A stretch of DNA of 63,390 bases, filler included, from Octopus bimaculoides (GCF_001194135.2; 11 parts of 11 records of this genome joined end to end with filler, not necessarily neighbours in it); one strand, 5' to 3'; numbered from the whole stretch's first letter, positions 25,463 to 38,940 are shown. Translations and numbers: made by a program. Notes: generated by a model from the letters alone, not told the origin.

Positions 25463-25562
25463 NNNNNNNNNNNNNNNNNNNNNNNNNNNNNNNNNNNNNN
25501 NNNNNNTTAATTAATTAANNNNNNNNNNNNNNNNNNNNNNNNNNNNNNNNNNNNNNNNNNNN

Positions 25563-25612
<50 letters not shown>

Positions 25613-25964
25613 CTCTTTCTGGCTGCACAACGGGTTCTTGAAGCTGATTTTTTTCTTTGCAACACCCAGCAACATCCAACATTCCATTTAACTAACAAGG
25701 GACAATCTATATAGGGCAACGTGACATGTGCCCCGCTGGAGTTTAGCCTACATCCCACCGAACAAACTCTTTGCGATCTCGGGTCAATCTACGGCTTAGA
25801 TCAACGTTCCAAGTTCAAATCTTTGTCTTTCCAACTTTGTTTCTCTGTGCCTGTATTATGACAACGAGGCTGTAGTATGACAACGAGGTTGGGCTGAAAA
25901 GTTCATAGGTTGACTATGAAGAGGCGATGCTAGATCTGTGAAATCTTGCATGCATTAATTAGAC

Positions 25965-26700
25965 GTAGATGGGCGTCTTTCTTCCGTCGGAGGCCACAAC
26001 ACCGAAAGCCATGAGCTGGGCTGGATGTTTTGTTCTGAAGGTGCCCCCTGACGTCAGCTGTTGACTCCGCAATGTACCAGTCATTTCTGTGGTTCACAAC
26101 AGCATTCATTGTGAAGATCTTCTCATCAGAGAAAATTTTCTGTGGACCCGTTCTTCTTGAGGTATGTGAGAACCGTTTTGCCCCTCTCCAGTCACCTGGC
26201 CTTCATAGGTTCCGTCAGTAGGCGTCTCAGTGTCCTGGTGTAGGACTTGGGACCCAAGTCATCACTCACAACTATTCTGATGGTCTCGGGGGTCCACTTT
26301 GAATTCAGAAACCAGCCTCCGCGTGGATGTGGTTGGGTCGGTTGAAATTTTGGACTTGAGGATATTGATGAAATCTTGATTCCGCTTCTTGTTAGCCTTT
26401 ATACGAATTCAAGACTGACAATCAGATATCGCCTGAGAATTATTTCTTACTGCAAGACAATGGTTTCCAGGTTGTGGGGAAATGTTTCTGTGATTTCCTC
26501 GAAAATTACGAAACCTGTATCTATATATCTTTTATCTCTGAATGCCATTGCCCGTGTCCATTCTCTTTCTGGCGTTATAAACTCTGCGTAGGGATACTCC
26601 GACTATCCTTGAGATCCTCTTCGGATCAACTTGTGAACGGACCAGATCGCATACTCTTTGGCGTTTGTCTCCTTGTGCAGTCATATTCTCCAATATTCAT
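25965..26700 (-). mobile_element. maT/DD37D transposase N-terminal half, interrupted by a ~140-bp insertion
   Basis: MTAQGDKRQRVCDLVRSQVDPKRISRIVGVSLRRVYNARKRMDTGNGIQR [insert] ANKKRNQDF...FSDEKIFTMNAVVNHRND...RTKHPAQLMAFGVVASDG. Confidence 0.85.
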
Positions 26701-26827
26701 GAAAAAAAAAGAGTTTATTATTAGCTGACAATGAATTCTTTGTTCTGCATTTGGTTCATATTATTTGGTGTTGTAGTTGCTGTGAAATATTACTGTAACA
26801 TTTAATGCAAGCTTTGCTTCCCCACCC

Positions 26828-26878
<51 letters not shown>

Positions 26879-26898
26879 GTCTGTATGTAAGAATGTAT

Positions 26899-26941
<43 letters not shown>

Positions 26942-27005
26942 GTAGGACTGATATGAAGTATGTATGTACGTATGTATGCATATATGAATTATGTATGTAT
27001 GTGTG

Positions 27006-27036
<31 letters not shown>

Positions 27037-27649
27037 ATGTGCGCGCACACGCGTTTGTGTGTCTGTCTGTATGTATCTATGTATGAATGTACGTCTGTAT
27101 TCAAACGAATAAAGGAGAGAAAGAACGGGAAACAAAAAAAAAAAGGAAGAAATTAATGAATGCCCATAAAAGAGAAACATTTGTATTGTTTTGTTCTGTT
27201 TTGTGTTTTTTATCATGTTTATCTGATATCTGGTACGCAATATCCATTTGTAGATCCTTAGAGGTTTTTGTTCTTCGTTGCTGGTTTCTTTTTTTTTTTT
27301 TTCTTTTAATCTTATGGCGATTTGGTTGAGATAAGATCACATGAGAGGAGTGCAATAGCTGAGTAGAGGCCTCCACAGGAGTAAACTAACAATGTTTTAA
27401 GAGCAACCACATCTGCTAGCTATAAAGCAGTAAGCACCGTGCACATTAAAACTATGCGTTGACGTTGCACAAGGGAGATAACTACACACGGCGCTCAATA
27501 TCATGTGGACAATGAAGGTGATGAGCTAGCAGAATCGTCAGCCGGGCGCCCCGAAGTGAATTTCGAGGAGGAACGAAGTCCCATGGAAAAAGTCATGTTA
27601 TTGGGCTTTTTTTTTTTAATGAATTGATGCAATAAAACATAGATATACA

Positions 27650-28038
27650 TGCAGGCGTGGCTGTATGGTAAGAAGCTTGCTTCCCAAACATTTGGTTCCG
27701 GTTTCAGTCCCACTGCGTGGAAACTTGGTCAAGTGTCTTCTGCTATAGCCACGAGCTGACCAAAGCTTTGTGAGTGCATTTGGAAGATGGAAACTGGAAG
27801 AAGCCAGTCGTGTGTGTGTGTGTGTGTGTGTCTCCTACCACCGCTTGACATCCGGCGTGGTGTGTTTATGTCCCTGTAAACCAGCGGTTGGGCAAAAGAG
27901 ACCAATAGAATAATTACCAGTCTTAAAAAAAAAAACGAGTTAGTACTGGGGTCGATTCATTCGAGTAAAAATTCATCGAGTCGGTGCCCCAGCATGGCAT
28001 CAGTCTAGTGACTGAAATAAGTAAAAGAAAAGATAAAA
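27650..28038 (+). mobile_element. Full-length SINE family B
   Basis: Head ggcgtggctgtatggtaagaagcttgcttccc, internal (GT)n, tail gactgaaataagtaaaagaaaagataaaaga. Confidence 0.9.
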
Positions 28039-28426
28039 GATATATAGATACAGGTTTCGTAATTTTGGAGGAAATCATAGAAAGATTCCCCAACAACCTA
28101 AGTTTGGAAACCATTGTCTTGCAGTAAGAAATAATTTTCAGGCGATATCTGATTGTCAGTCTTGAATTCGGATAAAGGCTGTTCAAAATCACATCATTTC
28201 ACTTACATGGTCAGTGCCCTTTGTGGCGATGGACAAGAAAACCTTTGAGAGCCACAACTTCTTATCTGACCTCTTGTCTAGAATTTAGAACTTTCACTGA
28301 CTCCGTGACAAGTGTTCAAATACCCACAGTTGAATTCATTTACCACGTATGGTTAGTTTTTGTCTGGTATATAAAAAAATATATATAGCCATGAGCGTTA
28401 CAATTTCTTATCTGTTCCCGCCTTAC

Positions 28427-28513
28427 CTAGAATTTAGGATTTTCACTGGTATTATGGTCAAGATCTCGAACTCAAGCGTTTGCCGTGACTTTACGTCCAA
28501 CACTAATGTCCTT
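28427..28513 (-). CDS. Candidate coding exon, unidentified gene (RTLVLDVKSRQTLEFEILTIIPVKILNS)
   Basis: Acceptor tttcctttcttttatttatatag, donor TAG|gtaagg; 87 nt, phase 2-2, only one frame open. Confidence 0.33.
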
Positions 28514-28911
28514 CTATATAAATAAAAGAAAGGAAAACATGACATTTTCCAGGGCCAGGAGGATAGATGAGATGAAGGAAGGAAGTTATTCTCAGACCAA
28601 AGACTTTGCCTAAACACTTGCAACAGAATTGGCACCAATAAAATTACCTGAAATCGAAATAAAGGTGTTAAACCGAGTTATCGATTAAGTCTACCACCTA
28701 CGAATAGCAATGGACTCTCTTACGAGTGTTCACACAGTTTCCATCTATCAAATTTAACTCAAACTTTTGTTAGCCGACTTGAGCAATGTACTTCAGTTGT
28801 CCTAGGTGATGTGTAGAAAAATTGAACACGGGATCATATGGTTGCCAAGCTAATTACTTAACCACGAAGAACTGTCTGTGTCGTTAAAATGTCTTAAACG
28901 TGAAGTTTCCA

Positions 28912-29059
28912 ATGCGTAACTGGTACTTCTTTAATCGACCCCGAAAGGATGAAAGGCAAAGTCGACCTCGACGGAATTTGAACTCAGAACGTAACGGTAG
29001 ACGAAATACCGCTAAGCATTTCGCCCGGCGTGCTAACGTTTCTACCAGCTCGTCGCCTT
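28912..29059 (-). mobile_element. SINE family A (5' half)
   Basis: Head taaggcgacgagctggtagaaacgttagcacgccgggcgaaatgc through gtaccagttacgcatt. Confidence 0.9.
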
Positions 29060-29289
29060 AATATGAAATCAATATTTACATATCACAGGTCACTGTCTCA
29101 TGCACGATCCGGCACATGGACGGTGTTAAATTCCGTTCTAATGACGTTTCTTCTCAGGTTGTTGTGACACAAAACGAGGAGGTAACCTGGACATTCCAAG
29201 AGAATTGTTTTGTATTTTTCCTTAGTAATAATTAACATCCGGTTCTAAATCTTTCCTTGTAGTTAAAGTTCCCACGTTCAATTCCCACC

Positions 29290-29990
29290 TATGCCTGTCA
29301 CCCACTTCTCTCTCTTCACTCTTAGCCTTCCTTTATTCCTCCTCCTATCCTCAACACACATTTTTCGATCTCTCTTTCTCCCTCTCTCCCTCTCTCTCTC
29401 TGTATATCTATTTCTGCTGTCTACCTCTCTTTTCTCTCTTTCTCTCTCCCTCACTCCCTCTCTCTTTCTCTCTCCCTCACTCCCTCTCTCGCTCTCTCTC
29501 TCTCTCTTTCTTTCATGTCTTTCCCTCTCACGCCGCCTTCGTTCATTCACTCTTTTTGTCACCAATTGAGACTCTCAACCCACCACTCTCTCTCAATGCC
29601 CCCCTCTCTCTCTCTCTCTCTCTTTCTCTTTATGCTAAGCCTCCACCTCTCCTCTCTCCCACCACAGTACCCCACTCTTTGCTTCTCCCTTAATTTTTCT
29701 CTCTGCTACATCAGTGTCCCTTCCATCCGTACCCTCAACCATTTATTTTCTTCTCTTCCGACCGACACCTTTCAATCTCTCTCTCTCCCCTCCATCACCC
29801 CTACAATCCTCCATGCCTCTCCTGCCTCTTACGCTTTCTCTGTCTTCTCTTTCTTCCTCTCTCTCTCACCCCTCTTCGTTCCCATCTCTCTCTCTCCCCT
29901 TCCTCTTCTCTCTCTCTCCCCCCTCTCTCTCTTCCCTCCCACCTCTCTCTCTCTCTCTTTCCAAGCAGACATTCCCTTATTCCTATATAA
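29290..29990. repeat. Polypyrimidine (CT-rich) low-complexity tract
   Basis: Direct reading; a purine-rich tract of similar size lies at about 44140-44825. Confidence 0.9.
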
Positions 29991-30276
29991 TAACTATCAC
30001 ATTCCTGAAATCTTCAAACAGTAAAAAGGTTAACAACTTCTGACTTGGTATTTTCATCAAACATCACCTCAGTAATTCTACACTCTAACTGCTTTTCTCA
30101 GATCATCTTCTTATGTGTGTGTGTGTGTGTGTGTATGGACATATATATGTCTCTATGCACGTGTGTGTATATATGTGTCTGTGTGTATGAATGCACACAC
30201 ATGAGTATTTATGCATATTTATCTACATATATAGATACACACACGTTGGTTTCAGATTTTGGTACGAGGCCAGCAA

Positions 30277-30485
30277 TTTCAACAAAATCGTTAGAACGCC
30301 GAGCGAAATACTTAACGGTATTTTGTCCGTCTTCACGTTCTGAGTTCAAAGTCTACCGAGGTCGAACTTTACCTTTCATCCTTTCGGGGTCGATAAAGTA
30401 ATCACAGTTGAGTAATGAGGTCGATGCATTCGACTTACGCTCTCCCCTGAAATTGCTGTCTTTGTGCAGAAATTTGAAATCAGTA
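30277..30485 (+). mobile_element. SINE family A, followed by a second head-only copy (about 30510-30570)
   Basis: Family A core and tail. Confidence 0.85.
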
Positions 30486-30733
30486 TAAATACTAAGCAAT
30501 ATAAAAGCGGAAAACTGGCAGAACCGTTAGCACACCGGGCTAAATGCTTTGCGGCATTTCGTCCGTCTGTTTTGCGATTTCAACTTCTCATATGTGATTT
30601 TCGTCCGTTACCCTGATGAGATTCTTACTCAAAATAATTCTATAATATGAATTCTATAAATTTGTTGTTGGTTTTTGGGGGGGTTTGAATCGAAACAGCT
30701 GTAGGAATTACATTTATTCTTATATTTTTATAC

Positions 30734-30975
30734 TATTATAATATTAATATAATATTACGTTAATAAACTAACATATGTCAATTTGAACTCTCCATTTCCC
30801 TTTTGTTATTGTATATTGTGTATATATACCCATTTGTATTAGAGAAATTTTTCTACTAAATATTATACATTGAGTATTGAAGAGTTAACCAGTGAAAATT
30901 GAATGTTTTACATCCCTAAAAGAGGAGCTTATTTCCTTGCATTGTATATTATATATACATATGTGTATATGTATA

Positions 30976-31015
<40 letters not shown>

Positions 31016-31584
31016 GTAAAATTAAAACAGAACACAAAGGATTCCGCGGTACACGTGTTTCAAGCTTTATAGTCGTTGCATCATTATATTGGTATATAAT
31101 TGATAGACAGGATGGTATAAGGCTATCTTCAGCCGCAAATATATTCTTTCCCAAGCATTATATCACAAAGAAGAAGTCACCCAGAAAAAAGTAAAAGAGA
31201 GAGAAACATGAGAGAGAAAAAGTGGGAGTCCACTTGGTATTGTCCANNNNNNNNNNNNNNNNNNNNNNNNNNNNNNNNNNNNNNNNNNNNNNNNNNNNNN
31301 NNNNNNNNNNNNNNNNNNNNNNNNNNNNNNNNNNNNNNNNNNNNNNNNNNNNNNNNNNNNNNNNNNNNNNNNNNNNNNNNNNNNNNNNNNNNNNNNNNNN
31401 NNNNNNNNNNNNNNNNNNNNNNNNNNNNNNNNNNNNNNNNNNNNNNNNTGTATAGTATTTAGTAGAAAAATTTCTCCAATATATATGAGTATATATACAC
31501 AATATACAATAACAAAAGAGAAATGGAGAGTTCAAATTGACATATGTTAATTTATTAACGTAATATTATATTAATATTATAATA
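30734..31584. repeat. Long inverted repeat, 136-bp arms (30734-30869 / 31449-31584)
   Basis: Arms differ at about 7 positions by manual alignment; the right arm runs into an N gap. Confidence 0.85.
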
Positions 31585-32542
31585 AGATAGATAGATAGAT
31601 AGATACAACTGCAGCAACAACATCAGTAACAACAACAGCAACAGTAATAGCAACAACTGCGACAATAATATCGTCCATTATCATCAGCACAGTTAACGAC
31701 TGTAACAACAGCAACAACAACACAACACAACCGGAACAACAATACCTAACAACCAGAATAACACCACCACCACCAACAACAACAACAACAACAACAGCAC
31801 CATAGCCTGTGGGTGACAGTGTGGCACTTGTATAGACATGTCTGTTAAATACTTAGACATAACAGACGGAAATTAGCAACAATGACTTTTAATTTCATTC
31901 GTCAGTCGCATGGATACCCACACATATCTACCCGACATCTACCCTTTAGCTACCCCCAAGCTACTCATCGTTCTGCAAACCACCTCTACGATGTCATGTG
32001 GAAAACCCATTATCACTCATGATGATGTTGATGACGATGAGGAAGAGGAGGAGGAGGAGGAGGAGGATGGCGATGATAATGGTGTGATGGTGATGAGGAT
32101 TATGATGTATCATGATGACCATGATGAAGGTGATAATGATGACGGTGATGATGATGGTGATAACGATGATGATGATGATGGGGTGGGGAGGTGGAACGGT
32201 ATTGATGATGGTGGCGGCGGTGTCGATGAGCATAACGAGAAGGAAGATGATGACGACGACGACGACGATGATTTTGATAGTGTCAGTGATGACGATAATG
32301 ATGATTTTTTTTTTTGCTTTTCTTTATTTATTTATTACAATTTCGGCGATGAAGAGAAGAAAGTGGAGAAGGAGGGAGGAAAAGTATGGTAGTAGCGACG
32401 ATGGTGGTGGTGGTGACGGTAAAACAAGGTAGACCCTATACCCTACTCCTCCACCCTACATCATTGTCCACCACATCACATAGTTCAGTGACATTGTTGT
32501 ATCCCTCTTAAGGCGACGCCATAAGCAACTTCCCTCCTCCTG

Positions 32543-32577
<35 letters not shown>

Positions 32578-33329
32578 TTTCCTCCTCTTAGAATATTTAA
32601 ACATCACGTGATTGATCCACCTCCTTACCGCCTTTACCCAACCCTCGTTCATTGACCCTTCCATCTACCCTGCACGACAACCCCCATTACCAATTATATC
32701 AATAGCAACAATTGTACTTCTCTCCAAATTCTAACAAGGATTCAGATTTCAAACACACATAAATACAACAANNNNNNNNNNNNNNNNNNNNNNNNNNNNN
32801 NNNNNNNNNNNNNNNNNNNNNNNNNNNNNNNNNNNNNNNNNNNNNNNNNNNNNNNNNNNNNNNNNNNNNNNNNNNNNNNNNNNNNNNNNNNNNNNNNNNN
32901 NNNNNNNNNNNNNNNNNNNNNNNNNNNNNNNNNNNNNNNNNNNNNNNNNNNNNNNNNNNNNNNNNNNNNNNNNNNNNNNNNNNNNNNNNNNNNNNNNNNN
33001 NNNNNNNNNNNNNNNNNNNNNNNNNNNNNNNNNNNNNNNNNNNNNNNNNNNNNNNNNNNNNNNNNNNNNNNNNNNNNNNNNNNNNNNNNNNNNNNNNNNN
33101 NNNNNNNNNNNNNNNNNNNNNNNNNNNNNNNGATAAAGCTATAAATAACAGCGTGCATATATTGAGTTTAAAATACCCCTTTAGGTAGAAAAAGGCGAAG
33201 GCTGACAGTGCGGCATTCAACTTTTTCGGTCCAAAAGGTTTTTTTTTTAACCCAAAATTTATGAATTTCCTTCTGTCCGGCATTCGCCATGATAGATCGC
33301 TGACCACTACATTTATTTTTTTCTCCTTA

Positions 33330-33445
33330 TTTCTTTCCTTATTCTTTTCTGTGTCCCTTTCAGTTGAAGAGCGTAGGCTCGAAACGTCAAAGACTTTCTC
33401 TGTTCCCGAGCGTTAAACTAATACATCCATTTGTTGTTTACACCA
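33330..33445 (+). mobile_element. Probable Penelope-like element terminal fragment
   Basis: ttgaagagcgtaggctcgaaacgtc motif resembles PLE termini; assignment is inference. Confidence 0.45.
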
Positions 33446-35334
33446 CCTGTCTTCAGTGGGACTGAACCCTGAACCATGTAGTGGGAAGCAAACTTGTCAC
33501 CACACATAAAACCAGCGCTTCTTTCATTTCATTTTTGCTCATCTTCAGTCGTTAACTACATACATACATACATACGTACACACACACACACACACGCTTG
33601 CACATATTCACATGCACACACTCACACGCGCGTGCCCACAAACAAAAACACACATATTTAAGGGAAACATTTCCTGATCATGGACTCAATATGCAATTGT
33701 GAACTATTTTCATATCATGTTAAACTTGCGTTTTTATATATACATTTATACATATATACATGTGTATAAGTATATATTTACATAAGTGCATATGCATGTC
33801 TGTGGGCCTGTATATGAATGTGTATGTGTGCTTGTGTGTGTTTGTGCGTGCGTGCGTGTGTGTGCTTGTGTGTGTGTGTGTGTGTTGGATGGTACTTCTA
33901 GAGTTTATTTTGTGAAGAGATAGATACAAGATTCCAATTACCAGAACTGTCCAAATTATGGGATTGTTTACAGAGATGGGTGGAGGGCAGGGGGAAGAGA
34001 TTGGCGGTAGGGTGGTAGTATTTCACTTGGTGGGTTACACTGCGTATCTTTGTATGTGTGTGTGTGTGTGTGTGTGATACAAACACGCACAATGGTGCGC
34101 TTACAGTAGTGNNNNNNNNNNNNNNNNNNNNNNNNNNNNNNNNNNNNNNNNNNNNTTAATTAATTAANNNNNNNNNNNNNNNNNNNNNNNNNNNNNNNNN
34201 NNNNNNNNNNNTATTAAGAGATAACACAAATGTTGAATTGGCTAATTAAAGCGATAACACCACACCATCAAAACTTTGTTTCCCTCAAACAAAATACTCA
34301 TAAAGTCAATATAGAAATAATTAGAGAACTCTGCAAAAGAACAATTAATTTTTTCGTCCTTAGATACGAGATAATAAATTGGTGATGCAGTATGAGGTAA
34401 GAACGTAAACGGAATAACGAATTACATGAATTGAAGAATTAGACTTTTCTTTTATATTTTTTTCTAATGAACTGAGATACCTATGATTCAAATTTCATCA
34501 AAATTGGAGATTAAAAATTTTAATGAGGGTTCTTTCCCTCTTTACACACCCTAATAAAAATTCTAATCATGACATATTTATCCCATACTACTCCTGTTTA
34601 TGCCCAGATTCCAAGATCCAAATCTTATAAAACCTATTTAAAGGCTTTTGCACCTGGAAAATGGAGCACATGGAGCTCTAAAATGTGAGTGTTAAGGCTA
34701 CTATTAGGCTACTTGAGGCTACGATTAGGCTACTATAAGACTACTTAAAGTCAACCAGAGAAGTTGAATTGTTGGGAATCTTTTTTAACTTATGCCTTTA
34801 TATTTATTGATCAAATTTCTTTGAAATCAGAAATATACGAATGTTCACTGGGTTTGTAAAAGAGAGCAAAACTGGAGGAAACCAAACGACGAATGATCAC
34901 AATAAACAATCAGCTACCCTACCCTAGTCGTTACCACTCCCCATTGGTTCAGGAGCATTGGATGGTGCAGATGTATCTCGTCGGGTGATAAATAAATACA
35001 ACTGTTCTGCTACGTAACTTTCCGTTTTGTATATATATAAAAAAAAAGCAGCCGTTAACAGATACATCTATACCTGTTAACGGTTATTTTTTAAACTTTT
35101 CTCGCTGGATTGCGTGTTCGTTTCTCTTTTTGCCATCTGTGATTTTATTTTTGATCTTTTACATAAATGAAGATATTTCCTCCGTCTGGCTGCTTTTTTT
35201 TCTACAAAACGGATTTTATATAGCAAAACAGTCANNNNNNNNNNNNNNNNNNNNNNNNNNNNNNNNNNNNNNNNNNNNTTAATTAATTAANNNNNNNNNN
35301 NNNNNNNNNNNNNNNNNNNNNNNNNNNNNNNNNN

Positions 35335-35376
<42 letters not shown>

Positions 35377-36334
35377 GTATATTCGGTTTAGCGAAATTGC
35401 TTTTCGGTTTAACGAAGTAATAAAATTATCTTCTTATATAGATATATGAAAATAAACTGATGTACATCTCCATGCATGTAAATATTCTTCTTTTACTAGC
35501 TTCAGTCATTTGACTGCGGCTGTGCTGGAGTACCGCCTTGAAGTGTTTTTTATTCGAATAAAGCGATCCCATCAGTTATTTTTAAAGACTAGTAACTATT
35601 TTATCTTTTTGTTTTACCTAACCGCTAATTTACGAGGTCGTAAAGACTCCAACACCAATTGTCAAGAGGTGGTGGGCTACAAACACAGACACAAACACAC
35701 ACGCACATAGATATACACTTACATGTATTTACGAGGGGCTTCTTTCGGTTTCCATCAACGAAATCCACTCAGAAGGCTTTGGGTGGACTTCTTTCAGCTT
35801 CCGTCTACAAAAATTCACTCACAAGGCTTCTTGTCGCACAACCACACCTGCGTATACATGTTCTTTTGGTTTAAAATACTCTCCGTGATTACGTTTCTTC
35901 AGAAGGCTTTTTGAAGATACTCCTACAAATACACAAATCTACACACACGCCCACGCGCGCGCACACAAATCCCACCTCCCCACAGACATACCCACACATA
36001 TACATTATTGAATTACTAGATATGATGGAAGTATTAATCGTGTTCGTTGTTGTGCGGGTAGAGGAAATGTCTTTCTAAAATGTATATACTCCTTGTATGT
36101 AAGAACTGGGAATTTATCCAAACAACATGGATGACAGTGTAGGAAGGGAGATAATCTAAATGGTTAGGACGAATAAATTCGGAAGTTATGAATAAAATGT
36201 ATAATAAAATTATGGATACATATAAAAAAAAATTAGGGTTGGCATAATTACACATGTAAAATAAAATCTGAACAGGAATGGGCAAAGGAAGTGTTGCCAA
36301 ATATGGAATCATTACAATGGTAAATATAGGACAC

Positions 36335-36370
<36 letters not shown>

Positions 36371-37189
36371 NNNNNNNNNNNNNNNNNNNNNNNNNNNNNN
36401 NNNNNNNNNNNNNNNNNNNNNNNNNNNNNNNNNNNNNNNNNNNNNNNNNNNNNNNNNNNNNNNNNNNNNNNNNNNNNNNNNNNNNNNNNNNNNNNNNNNN
36501 NNNNNNNNNNNNNNNNNNNNNNNNNNNNNNNNNNNNNNNNNNNNNNNNNNNNNATATGTATGTATGGGTGAATGTGGTGAGTTTGATAATTTGCGTCTAA
36601 ATTATTTTTTATTGATTTAGATATTATCAGTAGGATAATTAAATTATTTTACCATTTTTTTTTCTTTGTGGAGATGGAACTATTGTATAACGTTTATTGA
36701 TGAACGGGTCGATAGATCTTACTAAAAATAGTCGCGGTTTGTGTATGCATTTGTATGCGTACGAGTGTTGGCGTTTCAAAATGGAAGTATTTTTAACAAC
36801 TATATTAAAATTTGGGTTAATAGGAACAGTTTTTAATTATGTCTTTTTCGTTAGTTTTAGATACTGCAGTTAAAATATAATCCATAATTTTTTTTATCCG
36901 TTTCCGATTGAGTGAAATTAGGCTACGAGAGGTAGAATTTACTAGAATATTGCGCTTAAATTTAAATAATGTACGGGTGGGTGGTTCTGCACAAATAGCT
37001 ACGTGAATTAATCAATCTTAAATAAGGAATATTAAGTTGACTTTGATAGATTAATTCAACGAAAAATTCTTGGTGGGTAGGATATTGATTGAAGGAAGAT
37101 AATTAGCATTAGATTAAAGGTATTTATTGGGGCTTTGATTCTGCCCGGATGCAAAAAGTACATTGGCATTATACATTTATATATATGTC

Positions 37190-37360
37190 TCGTGCAGGCG
37201 TGGGTTTGTACTAAGAGGATTACTTCCCGAACACAGCATGGTTTCGGTTGTTTCAGTCCCACTGTATGGCACATTTGGCAAGATCATTCTATTATAGCCA
37301 TTGGGCGATCAAAGCCATGTAAATGGACTTAGTAGACGGAAACCGAAAGAAGCTTATCGC
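37190..37360 (+). mobile_element. Degenerate SINE family B head
   Basis: Similarity to 27650-27800 and 59038-59170. Confidence 0.8.
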
Positions 37361-37763
37361 AGAAGCCGAGACCATGGGGCACGAGGCTAACGAAAACGAG
37401 CCGGTACCCCAACCGGATCCTCAGAGAAGAGAACTCGGTACGCAGGATCCAACTTTGAAAATCAATCGACATGCTCAAACATTTGATTCACCCGAATCAT
37501 ACAAGTAATAGCAAACGTTGACATTCAAATATAAAGAATGATATCTAGGCGCGTGGTAATGCAAATTAACTAAATTAAACATATTTCGTGATCAATTGTT
37601 TTTATAATGAGATTTTGCGAAATTTTTTACTGCGTTTATTCGTTTGTGTGTTATGTGTATAATGAACATTTCGTTAAATCTTTATTTAAATTATTATGAG
37701 AGATAATGTGAATAGAAAAGTCGATATTGAATGAAATATAAATTTTACGATCTAAGAGGAAGA

Positions 37764-37835
<72 letters not shown>

Positions 37836-38419
37836 AGGGAGGGAGGGACAGAGAGAATACGAGAAAAATATATTATGAAATTTGTATTTGAGCAGACGAC
37901 CTGAAAGAAAGCAATTTACTAAGTGGGAATATGAGGGCCCTGATTAAAAAGCACAGTTCTAATTATCAAAATATTACTAAATTCACCTCAGGTCAACTTT
38001 ACTTATTTTTGTGTGTCTATGTGTATGTATATTTTACTGACAGAATAACAAAAAATATCGCAGTCTAAAATGATAATGCATTGTCATTTTGCATCATGTT
38101 TCTTAAGGCTCGATTTCAACGAAATTAGAAGATCCATTATTAACGACATAAGAGATAAATAATGTTTAACAAGACCCCCTTCCAGCAACAGATATAGCGT
38201 GCTACTTTCAAAATACCTTTGTCGCTACGTCATTTGCTGTCAGACACGTGATTTCAACTTACTTCAACAGGGATTAACTATGAATTACTAACGCAATCAG
38301 ACGAAAATTATCTGTTATTACTCAAAAGCAACAATTTAACTTACAAGCTCTTTTTAGATGCATATGCACATCAAAATATGCACGTTTAGTTATATGTACT
38401 TCTTAAATATAACTACTGC

Positions 38420-38487
<68 letters not shown>

Positions 38488-38489
38488 CT

Positions 38490-38940
38490 TCGTAACACAG
38501 TGTAGGTAGAAATGCACCGGAGTCTTTAGTCATCTGTCAAGTCACAACAAGGACCTCAGACAGATAATACTTTTCTTAAGATGTGCGCTGTGCCCAATAA
38601 GGCTGCTTTTTGCAAGACATCAATCCTGCATGGGATTTCCAGTTGGTTTAAGAAGTTTTGAAGTTTCAATGGGATTGAGCCCAACGCTCCGATCAACACT
38701 TTTACCACTTTTACATTACCCTCTCCCATTCCATAGTCTTCCCATTTTCACTTTCAATTCGGAGCACTCGGTGATTTTTTCAACCTCTTTACTCACAAAA
38801 TTCCTGTCATTTGGTATGGCTACATCAATGATCTGACAGTATTTGTCTCTCTTATTCAATATGACAATATCCGGCCGACGGTGTTCGATTATACGATCCG
38901 TCTGAAAACCATAGCCCCAGAGTATCGTTACTTTTCTACC
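38490..38940 (-). mobile_element. R4/Dong-clade LINE 3' fragment (restriction-like endonuclease)
   Basis: KVTILW..FQTDRIIEHRRPDIVILNKRDKYCQIIDVAIPND...KEVEKI (PD..D..K motif) and frameshifted IGALGSIP / LQKAALLGTAHIL; (AAT)n on both sides. Confidence 0.9.

Noticed and set aside
30612-30640. CTGATGAG-attctta-CTC-AAAA hammerhead-like core
   Set aside because: G12 is missing and stems I and III cannot be formed.
31910-32432. Acidic 160-aa D/E-rich ORF
   Set aside because: Decayed (GAT/GAC/GAG/GGT)n trinucleotide repeats, open in several frames for compositional reasons; no splice or domain evidence.
34690-34750. Short tandem of aggctac(t/g)-based 10-11-bp units
   Set aside because: Five degenerate units; an ordinary minisatellite seed with no further structure.
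36034-37130. AT-rich stretches that look like decayed LINE/Penelope coding (also 340-660, 18400-18720 and 57700-58060)
   Set aside because: Strand-biased and coding-like, but I could not find a diagnostic motif, so they are left unannotated.
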